From Verrucomicrobiaceae bacterium (GTDB lineage Bacteria > Verrucomicrobiota > Verrucomicrobiia > Verrucomicrobiales > Akkermansiaceae), in assembly GCA_051252135.1 (NCBI GenBank), contig JBPOGH010000006.1:1-64000 (forward strand): a stretch of DNA of 64,000 nt, read 5' to 3'. A program made the translations under genes and the position numbers. Shown here piece by piece: positions 19,595 to 28,779 of this stretch; the stretch's first letter is position 1, and each line of letters opens with the position of its first letter. Below the pieces are notes generated by a model. That model did no database searches. It was not told the DNA's origin and saw only the letters and a program-made list of their open reading frames with translations.

Positions 19595-20923
19595 ATGACT
19601 ACAAATCGAAAATCCGTGTGGGCGATGCTGCTCATGTTTCTTCTGACAGCCGGCTCCTTGATGGCGCAAGATGGTCCTCCCGCCACCGATTCGGGAAATA
19701 CTGCCTGGATGATTACAGCAACTGTTCTGGTGTTGATGATGACCTTACCGGGTTTGGCATTGTTTTACGGTGGCCTTGTCCGGAGCAAGAATGTGCTTTC
19801 AGTACTCATGCACTGCTATGCGATTGCCGCTTTGGCTTCCGTAATGTGGGCGATCGGTCTCTACAGTTTGGCCTTTGATAACACGGGCGGAGATTGGATC
19901 GGTGGATTTGGTCATTTCTTTATGGAGGGGCTTGGGGAAGGTGATTGGGGAAATGATTTTCCCGAGACGGTGATGGTGATGTTCCAGATGACCTTCGCGA
20001 TTATTACGCCTGGTCTGATTGTGGGAGCGTTTGTTGAGCGGATGAAGTTCGCGGCGGTGATGGTCTTTACCGCGCTTTGGCTTGTTCTTGTTTATGCTCC
20101 GGCCGTCTACTGGGTTTGGGGTGGAGGGATTATGGCCCAGTGGGGAACGATTGATCTGGCCGGAGGAATTGTGGTTCATGCAACGGCCGGTGTATCGGCT
20201 CTGGTGTTGGCGAAGATGCTGGGACAACGGAAGGGATTTCCGAAGCAGTTGCATCCACCGCACAGTCCTGGCTTGGTGATGATCGGGGCGGCGCTGCTCT
20301 GGGTGGGTTGGTTTGGTTTCAATGCGGGATCGCAAGGTGCTGCTAACGAGGACGCGGGCCTGACCATGTTGGTGACGCATCTTTCGGCAGCCACGGCGGC
20401 GCTGGTGTGGTGTCTTGTGGAAAGATGGCAGACCGGGAAAACGGGTGTGGTGGGAATTGCGACCGGAATGGTGGCGGGACTCGCTACCATTACGCCGGCT
20501 TCCGGAAATGTGGGGGCGATGGGGGCGATTGTGATCGGGTTCCTTGCGGGGGTGGTTTGCTACTTCATGTGTGGCGTGGTGAGGGAGAAGATGAAGATCG
20601 ATGATTCCCTTGATGTGTTCGCGGTCCACGGAGTGGGCGGTATTATGGGAACGATCCTGGTGGCCTTCCTGGGTGCCGAAGGCGTTCTTGGTGGAACCGG
20701 TCTTTCGGAGAATCCCGCTGAGCCCGGAGTCGCTTACACGAGTATGCAGCAGTTGGTTGTGCAGTTGAAAGCGCTGGGCATCACGGTCGTGTGGTCCGCG
20801 GTGGCGACGGTGATCATTGTGATGATAACCAGAGCGCTTGTGGGTCTCAGAGTGAGCGAAGAAGTTGAGGCCCTTGGATTGGATTCCGAGGAACACGGGG
20901 AGCGGGCCTACAATATCGACTAA
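19595..20923 (+). CDS. amtB: Ammonium transporter AmtB
   Basis: GLALFYGGLVRSKN, FQMTFAIITP, DLAGGIVVH, WVGWFGFNAGS, DDSLDVFAVHG. Confidence 0.96.
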   Translation: MTTNRKSVWAMLLMFLLTAGSLMAQDGPPATDSGNTAWMITATVLVLMMTLPGLALFYGGLVRSKNVLSVLMHCYAIAALASVMWAIGLYSLAFDNTGGDWIGGFGHFFMEGLGEGDWGNDFPETVMVMFQMTFAIITPGLIVGAFVERMKFAAVMVFTALWLVLVYAPAVYWVWGGGIMAQWGTIDLAGGIVVHATAGVSALVLAKMLGQRKGFPKQLHPPHSPGLVMIGAALLWVGWFGFNAGSQGAANEDAGLTMLVTHLSAATAALVWCLVERWQTGKTGVVGIATGMVAGLATITPASGNVGAMGAIVIGFLAGVVCYFMCGVVREKMKIDDSLDVFAVHGVGGIMGTILVAFLGAEGVLGGTGLSENPAEPGVAYTSMQQLVVQLKALGITVVWSAVATVIIVMITRALVGLRVSEEVEALGLDSEEHGERAYNID

Positions 20924-20951
20924 TGCTCTGCTAGAAAGAGTTCAATCTAAC

Positions 20952-20981
20952 AAAGGGATCGATGAGAATCGGTCCCTTTTT
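20952..20981 (+). terminator. Intrinsic terminator after amtB
   Basis: AAAGGGATCGAT-GAGA-ATCGGTCCCTTTTT. Confidence 0.8.
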
Positions 20982-21156
20982 GGGTTACGGATGATGCTTT
21001 TTGCAGTAAACTTGTTCCCATAATTTTTAGGAACGGGTGATGAACGGCTGAAAATAGGGGGGGATTCGTTGTAGGTATGGTTGCAAAGGGAGGGGTAGAT
21101 TGGGAAGGTAAACCTTCTTGTGCGATTTAAAATACACGAAACTAATCGTTGCCTTT

Positions 21157-21172
21157 TGGCACGATCGTTGGT
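21157..21172 (+). promoter_or_regulatory. Putative sigma54 promoter (-12 variant TTGGT) for the porin
   Basis: TGGCACGATCGTTGGT, 15 bp upstream of ATG 21187. Confidence 0.6.
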
Positions 21173-21186
21173 CTACTTCGCCCGTC

Positions 21187-21903
21187 ATGAAAAAGACATC
21201 CACTATTCTTGCAATTGGTTCCGCTCTCGCCATGGGTTCTGCTCAGGCTGAGATCGAGAGTTCCTTCCACGTTGGATACAACACTGAGTATGTATTCCGT
21301 GGCCTCAATGTTAACGACTTCGCCGGTTTCGGTAGCGGCATGTATGAGTACGGCCTCGACTTCTCGGGTGACTGCAACTGCGGTGCTACCTGGAATGCAG
21401 GTATCTGGCAGGCTGACATCGGTTCCGCTCACGAAGAGCGCGACCTTTACGCCAGCATGACCAAGTCTGTTGGTGCGTTCGATGTGACCGCTGGTTTCAT
21501 CCGCTACGACTACTCCGGTTCTGTTCTTGCTGCTGCTATCGGTGACACTTCCGAGCTTTTCCTTGGTGCTTCCACCGAGCTTGCCGGTCTTACTGTTGCT
21601 GGAACCGTTTACTACGATGTTGACGCATTGGACGGCAACATTTGGGGTGAGCTTTCCGTTGGTAAGTCCTTCGACGTCGGCGGTGCTACCCTCGACCTTT
21701 CCGCTAACTTCGGCACCACTCTTGATGCCGGTCTTTTCGGAGACAACTACACCACTTATGGTCTTAAGGCAGCCCTCTCCAAGGAGCTCGGCGACAACCT
21801 TACCGGTTCCATCTACGTTGCAGCTGAGCAGACCGACGGTTTTGCTGGCGCATTTGACGGCGACGACGTCTACGGTGGTGCTTCCATCGCATTCGCATTC
21901 TAG
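21187..21903 (+). CDS. Outer-membrane beta-barrel, TorF/TIGR02001-like putative porin
   Basis: Signal peptide, YNTEYVFRG motif, alternating beta strands, terminal FAF; codon usage typical of high expression. Confidence 0.8.
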   Translation: MKKTSTILAIGSALAMGSAQAEIESSFHVGYNTEYVFRGLNVNDFAGFGSGMYEYGLDFSGDCNCGATWNAGIWQADIGSAHEERDLYASMTKSVGAFDVTAGFIRYDYSGSVLAAAIGDTSELFLGASTELAGLTVAGTVYYDVDALDGNIWGELSVGKSFDVGGATLDLSANFGTTLDAGLFGDNYTTYGLKAALSKELGDNLTGSIYVAAEQTDGFAGAFDGDDVYGGASIAFAF

Positions 21904-21937
21904 GTCTTAGACTTAGTTTAGAACTAAATTATTACTG

Positions 21938-21968
21938 GAACGGAGTCTTCGGACTCCGTTCTTTTTTT
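21938..21968 (+). terminator. Intrinsic terminator
   Basis: GAACGGAGTC-TTCG-GACTCCGTTC followed by T7. Confidence 0.92.
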
Positions 21969-22023
21969 GTGCGTGTTTGTTCTTTGGACTGGTTGACGAG
22001 AAGCGGGGAATTAGGGTTCCGGC

Positions 22024-23088
22024 ATGTCGATCGATGTGACTTTGCTGGAGAAGATTTGTAAGGCACCGGGAGCTCCCGGATTTGAAAAGAAGATCAGAGA
22101 TTTGGTCTTGAAGGAGTTGAAGGACGGGAAGTTGGCCGATGAGGTATCGGTGGATGCGATGGGGAGTGTGGTGGCACTGAAAAAGGGGAAATCGAGCAAG
22201 AAGAAGACGATGGCGGCGGCTCATATGGATGAGATTGGCTTTATTGTGACCCATATTGATGACAAGGGGTTCATCAGATTTAATCCGCTCGGTGGTTTTG
22301 ATCCGAAGACCTTGAGCGCCCAACGGGTGATTGTGCATGGGAAGAAAGATTTGGTGGGGGTGATGGGATCGAAACCGATTCATATTATGTCGCCCGAAGA
22401 GCGAACAAAGTGTCCGAAGCTGGAGGACTACTTCATTGATTTGGGTCTCCCGGCGAAAGAGGTGAAAAAATTCATTGAGGTGGGAAGTCCGGTAACGAGG
22501 GAACGGGAGTTGATTGAGATGGGGGAGTGTGTGAATGTGAAGTCGCTGGACAACCGGGCTTCTGTGTTTGTTCTGCTGGAAGCGCTCAGGAAGCTCAAAA
22601 AGAGCCGTAAGAAGCCCGTTTACGATTTTTACGCCGTATTCACGGTTCAGGAAGAAGTCGGCCTGAGAGGCGCACATGCGTCCACGCTGAAGATTCAGCC
22701 GGATTTCGGTTTCGGTCTGGATACGACGATTGCGTATGACATTCCGGGTGCATCAGGGCACGAGAAGGTGACGAGTCTGGGAGATGGTGCGGGGATCAAG
22801 ATCATGGATAGCTCGACAATCTGTGATACCCGGATGGTGGCGTATCTGAAGGATTTGGCGGGGAAAAATAAGATCTCGTGGCAGCCAGAAATTTTAAAGG
22901 CCGGAGGAACGGACACCGCGGGGTTGCAAAGGATGTCGCCCGGAGGATCGATTGCCGGGGCGATCTCGGTTCCGACCCGTCATATTCATCAGGTCATTGA
23001 AATGAGTCACAAGAAGGACATCGCTTGCTGCATTGATTTGCTGACGCTGGCCGTTTGTCATTTGGAGGATTGGGATTGGTCCCACTAG
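22024..23088 (+). CDS. M42 family aminopeptidase
   Basis: AAHMDEIG, SLDNRAS, VQEEVGLRGA, GGTDTAG, RHIH. Confidence 0.93.
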   Translation: MSIDVTLLEKICKAPGAPGFEKKIRDLVLKELKDGKLADEVSVDAMGSVVALKKGKSSKKKTMAAAHMDEIGFIVTHIDDKGFIRFNPLGGFDPKTLSAQRVIVHGKKDLVGVMGSKPIHIMSPEERTKCPKLEDYFIDLGLPAKEVKKFIEVGSPVTRERELIEMGECVNVKSLDNRASVFVLLEALRKLKKSRKKPVYDFYAVFTVQEEVGLRGAHASTLKIQPDFGFGLDTTIAYDIPGASGHEKVTSLGDGAGIKIMDSSTICDTRMVAYLKDLAGKNKISWQPEILKAGGTDTAGLQRMSPGGSIAGAISVPTRHIHQVIEMSHKKDIACCIDLLTLAVCHLEDWDWSH

Positions 23089-23097
23089 GAGGGAGCT

Positions 23098-23131
23098 AAA
23101 AAAAAAGCCCGGGGCTGAAAGGCCCGGGCTT
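23098..23131. terminator. Intrinsic terminator, mainly for the minus strand
   Basis: A9 followed by GCCCGGG...CCCGGGC stem. Confidence 0.75.
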
Positions 23132-23157
23132 GAATGGAGTCGGTTGAGTCGTCCGGA

Positions 23158-24891
23158 CTAGGGAGCGACGCGGACGCGGTAGAAGTAGTTCGGTGAGGCG
23201 GAGGGTGCTCCGAAGTCGAGGAAGGACTCCGAATCTTCATCGGCCAACTCCGAATCAGATAGCTCCACCCAGCCATCAGGTTCACCGATCACATTGAGTC
23301 CGGTGCTACGCTCGATGAGGTAGGAAACTCCGGGTGTGGTGGTGTAGGTGATGGTGACGACATCATTTCCGGCATCATGGATAATGTCGGTGATGGCGAG
23401 AGGACCGGAGGGTTCCACGATGGGGGCATCGATCTTGAGGCTGATGTCGTCGAGATAAGTGAGTTCACCTCCAATGGAATCCGAGTTCACATCGCGGAAG
23501 CTCCAGAGGATGGTTACCTGGGTTACGGGGTCACCGTTCAGGTCGGTTTCAGGAATGACTCCGGCCATGGTGACCCTGGTCCAAACATCGGCGGGGAATG
23601 AGCCTACGGTCTTGGGTCCGGCGGTGTGGTTCGACGGGCCATTGATGCCATTCCAGCGGAAGATGGTTTGGATGGTGTCGTCGGCAGCCATGCGGTTGGT
23701 GGCCGGGAGAAGATACCAGGCGCTGTAGAAGTAGTCCTTACCATACATGTCCGGAGTGATGGGGATGGAGTCGATGGGGTCTGAATCGAGGTGCTCGATC
23801 CGGGCTTCTCCCCACTGTTGACCTGCGGAGAGGTTGAAGACGGCAGCGTTGGTTCCGCTGCGGGCCTGGTCGGTGGTGGGATCGAAACGGGCGTTGTTGC
23901 GCCATCCGGTGAAGTCTCCGGTTTCAAAGTCGCCATTGACGATGAATTCCCGACCGACGAATGGTTCGACCGAGTTCGCGGTGAGGCCGGTGGTGAGGGC
24001 GGGCGATGATGCGTCGTTGCTGGCGATCTCAAGGGCTGCCGAGAGAAATCCCAGGGATTCGCCCGGATCGACGGTGACTTGCAGTTCCTGGGTTTCACCG
24101 GGGGCGAGGGTCAAGGGGTAGGTGAGTTCCTGCAGGGTGAAAAGGTCGGAATTTACACCGCTCAAGGTTGCCCCGGTGATGGTGAGGTTTTGGGCGGAAC
24201 CGGAGTTTGAGAGTAGAATGACTTTGGTGTTGGGTCCGCCATTTTGCTCGATGTCTCCGAATCCGAGCTCGGACCCAAGAGGGAGGTTGGGATCATCTTC
24301 GGATACCGAGATTTCAATTTTGTAATCGTCAATGTAGGCAGCGACACCGGCTGCGGCGTCGTTGTCCCGGTCATTGAATGAGATAATGGGGAGGACGTCG
24401 GCGACGGCCTGGCCATCACCATCGGTAGCAGGAACCAATCCGGTGAATTCGAAGAGCTGCCAGGTATCGGGAGTGAAGGTGGTGTATTCGAGATATTGGT
24501 TAGCTGATCCTGCCTGGACACCATTCCATCGAAGAATGAGGCCCATGCGGTCGACATTGGCGAAGGTGGTGGCTGTCGGGATGTAAACCATCATGGAAAC
24601 CCGAAAAGTGGAGGTGCCGGGTTCAGCCGAGGTGGGAAGAGGAATGCGGTTGGGGACTGAGTTAACGGCAGCCCACTGGGAATCCCCGCCACCGACATCA
24701 CCGGAGCCTACATTTCCTTTACCTGACGAGGTTGGGTCACCGGTGGTGACGGTGAAGGTCATGTGGTTGTTTCCTCCGTTGAGATTTCCTCCTCCGGTTT
24801 CGAAGTCTTCACTGTGGATGGTGACCATCGACTGCCCCAGCAGGGAGGAGGCGGAAGCGATCAGGGCTGTGGATATAATTTTAAGATACAT
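23158..24891 (-). CDS. Secreted protein with two CBM-like beta-sandwich domains, an Ig-like (choice-of-anchor D-like) domain and a C-terminal FYRV domain
   Basis: Signal peptide; internal duplication (LRWNG.../FRWNG..., NGDFETG); LGFGDI...SNSG..NLTIT...SNDAS. Confidence 0.75.
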   Translation of the reverse strand: MYLKIISTALIASASSLLGQSMVTIHSEDFETGGGNLNGGNNHMTFTVTTGDPTSSGKGNVGSGDVGGGDSQWAAVNSVPNRIPLPTSAEPGTSTFRVSMMVYIPTATTFANVDRMGLILRWNGVQAGSANQYLEYTTFTPDTWQLFEFTGLVPATDGDGQAVADVLPIISFNDRDNDAAAGVAAYIDDYKIEISVSEDDPNLPLGSELGFGDIEQNGGPNTKVILLSNSGSAQNLTITGATLSGVNSDLFTLQELTYPLTLAPGETQELQVTVDPGESLGFLSAALEIASNDASSPALTTGLTANSVEPFVGREFIVNGDFETGDFTGWRNNARFDPTTDQARSGTNAAVFNLSAGQQWGEARIEHLDSDPIDSIPITPDMYGKDYFYSAWYLLPATNRMAADDTIQTIFRWNGINGPSNHTAGPKTVGSFPADVWTRVTMAGVIPETDLNGDPVTQVTILWSFRDVNSDSIGGELTYLDDISLKIDAPIVEPSGPLAITDIIHDAGNDVVTITYTTTPGVSYLIERSTGLNVIGEPDGWVELSDSELADEDSESFLDFGAPSASPNYFYRVRVAP

Positions 24892-25294
24892 TGTGTGGCT
24901 GATTTGCTTTCAGGTAAATGTCCGGGTGGAGCGTTCTCTGCAATTTAACTGCATTTTTTAGGAAAAACTAACGGATATGGGCTATGATTGAGTGAATTGG
25001 AGTCCAGATGGTGATTACACAGTGTAACCGTGGAACAGTTGATTCGAGTCGTGACTGGCAAGGCGGGGAAGAGAATCGTGGTAATTTGACACGGCAGGGG
25101 CGGGCAAAACGCACGAACAGGGACACATTGGCCCGATATAAGGAATTCTTATGAAGGGTATCGAGATTCAGAGGCGATAATTCGAAATTCGAGGAGGCTT
25201 GTAATGTTCTCATTTAGAGAGCTTTGCCCCCATTGGTGTTCTTGGGGAGAGGTGGAGGGCTCAAAATTGGAATTGTTCCAGGATAAATGGAATC

Positions 25295-25310
25295 CGGCAC
25301 GGTAGGTGCA
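25295..25310 (+). promoter_or_regulatory. Putative sigma54 promoter upstream of the sigma factor gene
   Basis: CGGCACGGTAGGTGCA, preceded by TGGAA/TTCCA palindromes at 25268-25292. Confidence 0.6.
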
Positions 25311-25405
25311 AGATGTCTATTGGTTCCGCAAGGAATTACAAAGTAGTGACATTTTTCGTGAATAAATCCGGCTGTGAGACGCTCTTATAGAAAAGGACCA
25401 ATGCC

Positions 25406-26293
25406 ATGAAAGCACTGCGCAACAAAAACAGAACAATGTCGAAATACGATTCAGACAGCAGCCTCCGGGTTTACATGCGGGAAATCTCGAAGACAGAACT
25501 CCTCACACCGGCACAGGAAGTTGAACTCGCAGCGAAGATCAAACGAGGCGACAAAAAAGCTCGTGAGCACATGATTAAGGCGAATCTACGCCTTGTCGTG
25601 AAAATTGCGCAAGATTATGCGAATTACGGATTGCCGCTTCAGGACCTCATTTCCGAGGGGAATATCGGGCTTATGAAGGCGGTGGAACGCTTTGACCCTG
25701 AAAAGGGAGGAAAGCTTTCAACCTATGCGGCATGGTGGATCAAGCAGTCCATCAAGCGCGCACTGGCCAACCAGAGTAAGACCATCCGTCTACCGGTCCA
25801 TATGGTGGATAAGATCGCCAAGCTTCGCCGGATCACTGGTATGCTTACTGAGGCCTATGGTCGTGAACCGACCGACGAGGAGCTTTGCGAGGAGACAGGG
25901 ATTCCCATGAAGAAGCTTTCGCTTCTGAAGCGGGCTTCACAGCGTCCGACCTCGCTGGATGCTCCGGTGGGCGATGATGACAGCTCGAGCTACGCCGAGG
26001 TAATCGGCGATGAGCGGGCGGTTGATCCATACAACGCACTTTCTGATAAAAACATGCACAGTGAGCTCGATGACCTCCTGGAAGTGCTCGATGAGCGCGA
26101 ATCCAAGATCATTGATGCCCGCTTCGGAATCGGTGGCAAAACCCCTATGACTCTCGAAGAAGTGGGTCGGGAATTCGGAGTGACGAGGGAACGAATTCGT
26201 CAACTTCAGAATATTGCGCTTGATAAGATGCGGAAAACTTTGCGAAAAAGGGAGAAGCCGATGCCGGACCCTCTTCCGAGAGGAGCCAGTTGA
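25406..26293 (+). CDS. RpoD/RpoS-family sigma factor lacking region 1.1 (group 2-like)
   Basis: ANLRLVVKIA, DLISEGNIGLMKAVERFD, STYAAWWIKQ, TLEEVGREFGVTRERIRQ. Confidence 0.95.
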   Translation: MKALRNKNRTMSKYDSDSSLRVYMREISKTELLTPAQEVELAAKIKRGDKKAREHMIKANLRLVVKIAQDYANYGLPLQDLISEGNIGLMKAVERFDPEKGGKLSTYAAWWIKQSIKRALANQSKTIRLPVHMVDKIAKLRRITGMLTEAYGREPTDEELCEETGIPMKKLSLLKRASQRPTSLDAPVGDDDSSSYAEVIGDERAVDPYNALSDKNMHSELDDLLEVLDERESKIIDARFGIGGKTPMTLEEVGREFGVTRERIRQLQNIALDKMRKTLRKREKPMPDPLPRGAS

Positions 26294-26336
26294 AGCTTCG
26301 ATAACACAATCCATTGCGATTGGGATCGTAGGTGTG

Positions 26337-26369
26337 AAGAGCGGTAGGGGTGACCCTGCCGCTCTTTTT
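26337..26369. terminator. Intrinsic terminator
   Basis: AAGAGCGGTAGGG-GTGA-CCCTGCCGCTCTTTTT. Confidence 0.85.
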
Positions 26370-26373
26370 CTGT

Positions 26374-27132
26374 CTACAGATTGAGCCTTTTTAAGGGGAA
26401 GATGTCGACATCAACGCCGGGGCTGACGAGGGCGGAAATCGGTTTTTCGGTCAACGAGAAGCCCTCCCAGAGGAGGGGGGCGCCATTTTTTTCGGGAATA
26501 TCTGCGTTGGAAAAGGCATAGGGCGGGTGGTGGACCTGCCCACAGAACAGTGAGCCGTTTCGTTTTTCTGAGAAGAGGAGGTAGCGCTCGAGGAGGAAGA
26601 ACTCGAGAGTGCCGGGTTGGGCAATGGTGGGCTTTTCTTGAGATTTGTAGCGGTAGTGGGCCTCGTTTGGTTCGCTTTTTCGCCGACAGCGGTAGTTGGT
26701 GTATCCTCCGGCGTCTTTTTCAGCGCTCATTTTGGCGTGTTGATACGGGAGGTGAAAGAGGGTGCGGGCGGTTTGGACGGCGATGGGTTGGTCGCAATCG
26801 AGGGAGAAGAACCAGACTCCGGGGCGGCCCTGGTCATCGTGGACATAGGTGCGGACATTGAGTTCGAGGAAGTGGGAGAGCCATGGGAGGGCGGGGAGTC
26901 CTTTGGGGCGGACGTTTTTCATGAAGAAGGGGACGATGCCGAGATAGGCCTTCCCATTGAAAAGGTCGACGTGGAGGCCCTTGGGAAGGTGTTCCCGGAT
27001 GATTTGGGGATTTATTTCCCAATGGAGAAAGAGGAGGTCGGCCCAGGTCTGATACATGACGGGGGAGCCGGCAGGTCTTTCGCGGGTGGCGAGACGTTGG
27101 TCGATACTTGGTATCAGCAGGGGGTCTTGCAT
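26374..27132 (-). CDS. YqjF / DUF2071 family protein
   Basis: MYQTWADLLFLHW, FLELNVRTYV, PGVWFFSLD, FLLERY. Confidence 0.92.
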   Translation of the reverse strand: MQDPLLIPSIDQRLATRERPAGSPVMYQTWADLLFLHWEINPQIIREHLPKGLHVDLFNGKAYLGIVPFFMKNVRPKGLPALPWLSHFLELNVRTYVHDDQGRPGVWFFSLDCDQPIAVQTARTLFHLPYQHAKMSAEKDAGGYTNYRCRRKSEPNEAHYRYKSQEKPTIAQPGTLEFFLLERYLLFSEKRNGSLFCGQVHHPPYAFSNADIPEKNGAPLLWEGFSLTEKPISALVSPGVDVDIFPLKRLNL

Positions 27133-28691
27133 GAGCAAGGTTCGCCTTGATTGAGCTTTTCCGCAAGGCGCTGCGAGGTGGGGGTGGTGGAAAGGCCTCC
27201 GAGATTGGTGCAACGAAGTTCGCGGGGGATTTGGTGGGCGACCTCGTTCATGGAGATGACGACTTCATCGAAGGGGATGAGGTGGTCGTATCCGCCGAGG
27301 GCCATGTTGGCGCAGGAAAGGGCGTTGCTGGCGGCCATGACGTTTTTTCCGAGGCAGGGGGCTTCGACGCGGTTGGCGATGGGATCGCAGATCATGCCGA
27401 AGCAGTTCTGGAGGGCCATGGAGGCGGCGGACATTTGTTGTTCGTTGGTGCCGCCGGCGAGGTAGGTGATGGCGGCGGCGGCCATGGCGGAGCCGGAGCC
27501 GCACTCGGCCATGCATCCGCCTTCCTCGGCGGCGAAGGTGGCATCGAGAGTGATGAAGACGCCGATGAGTCCGGCGAGGAGAAGGGCGCGGTTGGTTTCT
27601 TCAGGGGTTTTTCCGAGGCTGCGGGCAACGGCGATGACGGCACCGGGCATGGCGCCGCAGGATCCAGCGGTGGGGGCGGCGACGATGACGCCCATGGAGG
27701 ACTTCACCTCCATGATGGCGGTGACGGAGCGGATGATGGCGTTGTTGAGATCGGCAGGGATGAGTTGTCCGGCTTTTTCGGCAGCGGCGAATCCGGGGGA
27801 TTGGGAGGGGAGGATGCGATCCTGGAAGGAGGTTCCGGCGAGTCCGGTGGCGATGGCGTCCTCCATGATTTGGCGGATGTGATCTGCGTGGGCCATGACT
27901 TCTGCATCAGTTAGTCCTCCGCGTTCGGCCTCGTAGCGGAGGGCACTTTCCCAGAGAGGGAGATTCTGAAGGTCCGGGTGGGAGAGCATTTCGCCGGCGC
28001 GGTGGAAGGGGACGGAAAGGTGGGCGCGGGAGAGGATGGGGAGGACGGCGGGGAGCTGGCTGAATTTTTCGGCTCCGAGGATGGTGGAGAGGGTATGGAT
28101 TTGATCGGGAGGGAGGGGAGCGCGGAGGGAGAGGTTGAGGAGGCCTCCGGATCGGGTGTGGGGGTGCCAGGAGATGGTCTCGGCGGTGGGGAAGGTGAGG
28201 GTTTCCGGCTCTGAGGGAAGGTGGAAAATGAGGTGATGGAAGTCTCCGGCGGAGGTGAACGGGACCTGGTTGATGCTCTGAAGCTCGATCATGCCGCCTC
28301 CGGTGGAGATGGCATCGAGGTGGGAGATTTCTCCGGAGGTGCTGTGGAGTTCGAGGCGGTAGAAATTGGGGTGGGGGGCGGAGTAGCTCTCGTAGAGGAC
28401 TTCGACCTCGATGTTGGCCTGTTGGAGGGCTTGTTCGTAGTCGGGGAGGCGGGGGTCATCGGGGGTCCAACCGAGGAAGCCGCCGTAGAGTCCGAGGTCG
28501 GTGCCCTGGTCTTTGTGGGTGGTGACGAGGGAGCCATTGGGATCGTAGCGGACGATGACTTTTTGGAGGGGTTCCCCGACGAGGGCGCGGGCGATGCGGC
28601 CGATGCGATTGGCGGCGGCACTGTGTGAACTGCTGGGCCCTCTCATGACGGGCCCGAGGACGTCGTTAAAAATGCTGGGAGGGGATTTCAT
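27114..28691 (-). CDS. sdaA: L-serine dehydratase, Fe-S dependent, fused beta + alpha chains
   Basis: GPVMRGPSSSH (beta chain); IVAAPTAGSCG, GGCMAECG, CDPIANRVEAPC (alpha chain). Confidence 0.9.
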   Translation of the reverse strand: MKSPPSIFNDVLGPVMRGPSSSHSAAANRIGRIARALVGEPLQKVIVRYDPNGSLVTTHKDQGTDLGLYGGFLGWTPDDPRLPDYEQALQQANIEVEVLYESYSAPHPNFYRLELHSTSGEISHLDAISTGGGMIELQSINQVPFTSAGDFHHLIFHLPSEPETLTFPTAETISWHPHTRSGGLLNLSLRAPLPPDQIHTLSTILGAEKFSQLPAVLPILSRAHLSVPFHRAGEMLSHPDLQNLPLWESALRYEAERGGLTDAEVMAHADHIRQIMEDAIATGLAGTSFQDRILPSQSPGFAAAEKAGQLIPADLNNAIIRSVTAIMEVKSSMGVIVAAPTAGSCGAMPGAVIAVARSLGKTPEETNRALLLAGLIGVFITLDATFAAEEGGCMAECGSGSAMAAAAITYLAGGTNEQQMSAASMALQNCFGMICDPIANRVEAPCLGKNVMAASNALSCANMALGGYDHLIPFDEVVISMNEVAHQIPRELRCTNLGGLSTTPTSQRLAEKLNQGEPCSCKTPC

Positions 28692-28779
28692 GGGCAAATG
28701 CTATCAGAAATTAGGGTTGGGGGGAAAGGGATCCGGACTTGCATTTCCCGATGGGGGATGGTTCATCGGGCGAAGCATT

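Noticed and set aside
28698..28779. T-box or operator leader for thrS
   Set aside because: Only about 80 bp shared with a divergent gene; no T-box motif
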